From IMG/VR virus record IMGVR_UViG_3300042673_000188: a stretch of DNA of 20,000 bases; one strand, written 5' to 3'. Made by a program: the position numbers and the translations under genes. The notes below the pieces were generated by a model that had not been told where the DNA came from, made no database searches, and worked only from the letters and a program-made list of their open reading frames with translations. Below are positions 18,801 through 20,000 of the stretch, one piece after another; position 1 is the stretch's first letter, and the number at the start of each line of letters is the position of its first letter. This DNA comes from an uncultured virus (IMG/VR IMGVR_UViG_3300042673_000188) (taxonomy: Duplodnaviria > Heunggongvirae > Uroviricota > Caudoviricetes).

Positions 18801-20000
18801 TTAATCAATAAAAATATTGATCCTGCAAGTGATGAGTTTAAGCAATCTGTAGATCAGTTCCTTACAGAAAATACAAAGAAAAGAACTACCAAAGAGTTTG
18901 ATGATCTGGTAAAGGAGTTACTCGAGCAGAGAAAAGCAATCTTTGATAAAATTCCTGAGGAGAAGCGCTCAACCATGAGTGATGATGAGATATTCCTCCG
19001 CAATGTAAACAAGGCATACAGAGATCCAGACACTGGAGAGTTACTTGGATTAGATGTACCCGATGATATTTTAGATGAGGTAAGACAAGCTCAGCAAAGA
19101 ATCAATGAAGAAAAATACGGAGGTGGTAAAAGATATGATGGTCTGACTACTGAAGAAGCTGACTTCTATGCTGATATAGTTTCTAAGTTACAGCATAACA
19201 AAAATAATCCTAAGGATAGACTTTTTATCAGTAAAGAAGACATGGATAAGAAGGTAGCTTTAGATGCTAAAAAACAGGCGGGTGATCCGCTTAGCAAAGC
19301 AGATAAGTTAGCTCTTAGAATGATACGTCAGCAGCTTGAGCAATTACGAGTAAAGCAAGCTACTGATCAGTACCTTAATACTTTTAATGCATTATTAGAA
19401 GGACTTGATACAGATAGTGTTGTAGCTCTGATAAATAGCACAACAGTAAATAGAAAAAACATTGAGATTCTCTTAGAAAGAAAAGATATAATAGATGAGT
19501 TAGCTCATCAAGGTAAAAAAGATGGTACTCTAGAAGAGCAGGAGCTCTATAAAAACTCTAAAAAGTTTGCGGCATTCTTTGCAAAGAACCACGTAAATGG
19601 AGTTAAAAGAGATGAGACTACCAAAGCAAATTATGAAGTTTGGGAACCTCTAAATGTTTGGCGTGAAGTAATGCCTACAGAAGAAAAGTACTATGAGACC
19701 CTTACCTATGTAAACGCAGAAGGTGTAGATGTTACAATTCCATTTGCACCTAGTGATGCTTACTATAGTAGTTATATAGATCCTAAATGGAGAACTGAAA
19801 AGATTGTAGGTAAAACCGTAGATAACAAATACAAGTGGTTACCACGTGTTAAAGAAGATGCGCCGGCTGATAGTCCTTTCATCAATGAACAGTACTATGA
19901 GATTAAGAAAAACAACCCAGCTTTATTTGAATTAATACAAGCTACTACAGAGTTGTATCTTGATGCACAAAACAAAAAACCTAAAGGTTCTAAGATGTAT
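15870..20000 (+). CDS. Giant virion cargo protein, 3'-truncated (at least 1377 aa), with an N-terminal ART-like domain, an HEFSH zincin and a long helical region
   Basis: Not in the track, presumably because no stop occurs in the window. My manual translation from ATG 15870 (5 nt after the RNAP stop) is open to position 20000: MYCGVDTSSPEWAKLK...PKGSKMY. It has HEFSH at 16767-16781 and YDEVIVKAM from 16926. Confidence 0.92.
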   Translation, partial: MYCGVDTSSPEWAKLKSETEGVGLFEAVKDAVFRSGGVVRPVEDVVRSIMKEDLSKVLQYQSRFPEIASEFITPVRTVSMFQGFNELDNRSVNYFTMDAAEAQDYGSNVRRVTIDLAGTLAGDTKIYRQMTTEFQNQTGIQYDLFDDGVEGLQNQAKFYDFLRDKGYKGIDYTMFSDSPYVVLFSTDNILSEGVTRDASGVMVNELDLYIQYENFKANESSLQNTAAEFITNKPNQQVRALIGTLIDNLGNTAEANFITVEEAKQIHRDLNQPYNNQPAFFWNGAAYFVSDNVTPQMAFHEFSHPFVKALRVKNPKLYNTLIDDLLSSQEGQLIYNEVLASKPNESEDSPKVYDEVIVKAMTEAFQNRTEGNTETPQFKTAIGNILYRIRQFLRKLFSKGDTKVRLDKLGLDTTINELAEMLLNKKIADITAEDITEQDVIDYMENRNDVVEDLLKLNSNTIAKQVTFTYNSAADYLQKLKDNGYTKEIANLLKDRFSNNELREIQNNLYAQSDKIYREAETVEAEMRQAAVRAEVFATNLYKLQNIVTRINEDARNKAADAVTPEKSVEAMYALTFYKGFANYWTGYIRVIKEELDNPQIAGAYIKTNSPLYSLISNIQDEVDQLNKTINRVDRAAIGPVLYEQLMPMAAEIDEKYTNIIDILQKRIDASDGKKKDGYIRQQEDWKAKYEAIRLTPEKFEMILSGKLGDGSQANSFLESYLHNQDPVVSSIAMFVKNRLTDVDLRTAKFQDKFNKIIGPKLRENGLDKSLNPAAYGEAVTFLDESYENDKNGNLVKFPVWTILSPHKNYRYFRALQDKNIKELADIAEKSGTQADKDNLRQAKADKFNYELKYFYMDFDVRVYAPDIKIDSTPEGREAREEYSKKWQEINSLDKSFYNDPNAYTEVLTRKKQILREISELTSDKYINGDPKVDTDTNKPLTKAKLLREWMNEKRQYKIKVKNEGAFQTAITDYMQRLINKNIDPASDEFKQSVDQFLTENTKKRTTKEFDDLVKELLEQRKAIFDKIPEEKRSTMSDDEIFLRNVNKAYRDPDTGELLGLDVPDDILDEVRQAQQRINEEKYGGGKRYDGLTTEEADFYADIVSKLQHNKNNPKDRLFISKEDMDKKVALDAKKQAGDPLSKADKLALRMIRQQLEQLRVKQATDQYLNTFNALLEGLDTDSVVALINSTTVNRKNIEILLERKDIIDELAHQGKKDGTLEEQELYKNSKKFAAFFAKNHVNGVKRDETTKANYEVWEPLNVWREVMPTEEKYYETLTYVNAEGVDVTIPFAPSDAYYSSYIDPKWRTEKIVGKTVDNKYKWLPRVKEDAPADSPFINEQYYEIKKNNPALFELIQATTELYLDAQNKKPKGSKMY
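16098..16439 (+). other. ART-PolyVal-like domain in ORF4
   Basis: TVSMFQG...VNYFTMDAAEAQDYGSNVRRVTIDL...FYDFLRDKGYKGIDY...SPYVVLFSTDNI matches the YHG / YFT..A..Y / GYDGI / YVVF..QI layout, with H replaced by Q. Confidence 0.65.
16620..17070 (+). other. Zincin-like metallopeptidase domain in ORF4
   Basis: PAFFWNGAAYFV strands, AFHEFSHPFV, NPKLY, third ligand DEVIV, then an amphipathic helix IGNILYRIRQFLRKLF. Confidence 0.8.

Noticed and set aside
2..20000. Stop-codon reassignment (TAG/TGA), known in some crAss-like phages
   Set aside because: All four genes read through in the standard code with no in-frame TAG or TGA over about 6,660 codons, and all three visible stops are TAA. Nothing here supports recoding.
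1..20000. CRISPR arrays, tRNA/rRNA genes, terminators, introns, inteins or IS elements
   Set aside because: Intergenic space totals only 8 nt. I saw no spaced repeat array, ORF interruption, intein splice motifs (internal Cys are nearly absent) or transposase motifs.

Overview
This AT-rich window (roughly one-third GC by eye) is almost entirely coding on the + strand. It holds four tightly packed genes and looks like the virion 'cargo'/ejected-protein module of a crAss-like (Crassvirales/phi14:2-like) phage, probably infecting Bacteroidota. (1) A 5'-truncated polyvalent protein (<2..3784) has two ADP-ribosyltransferase (ART)-like modules, a degenerate zincin, a basic-plus-hydrophobic segment and a possible phosphodiester-glycosidase-like C-terminal domain. 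(2) A 515-aa protein carries a split ART-like domain. (3) A 3512-aa putative virion RNA polymerase has DGQG, RIPT and GxDFDTDK motifs, an N-terminal HEAYH zincin, and degenerate SLOG-like and macro-like domains near its C-terminus. (4) A 3'-truncated ORF (15870..>20000, at least 1377 aa), missing from the supplied ORF track, has an ART-like domain and an HEFSH zincin. The most striking unexplained pattern is that all six visible protein termini carry a cysteine within 5 residues of the end, although I count only about 9 Cys in about 6,660 codons. This suggests head-to-tail Cys linkage of the cargo proteins in gene order. All domain calls come from motif recognition by eye, not from database searches.
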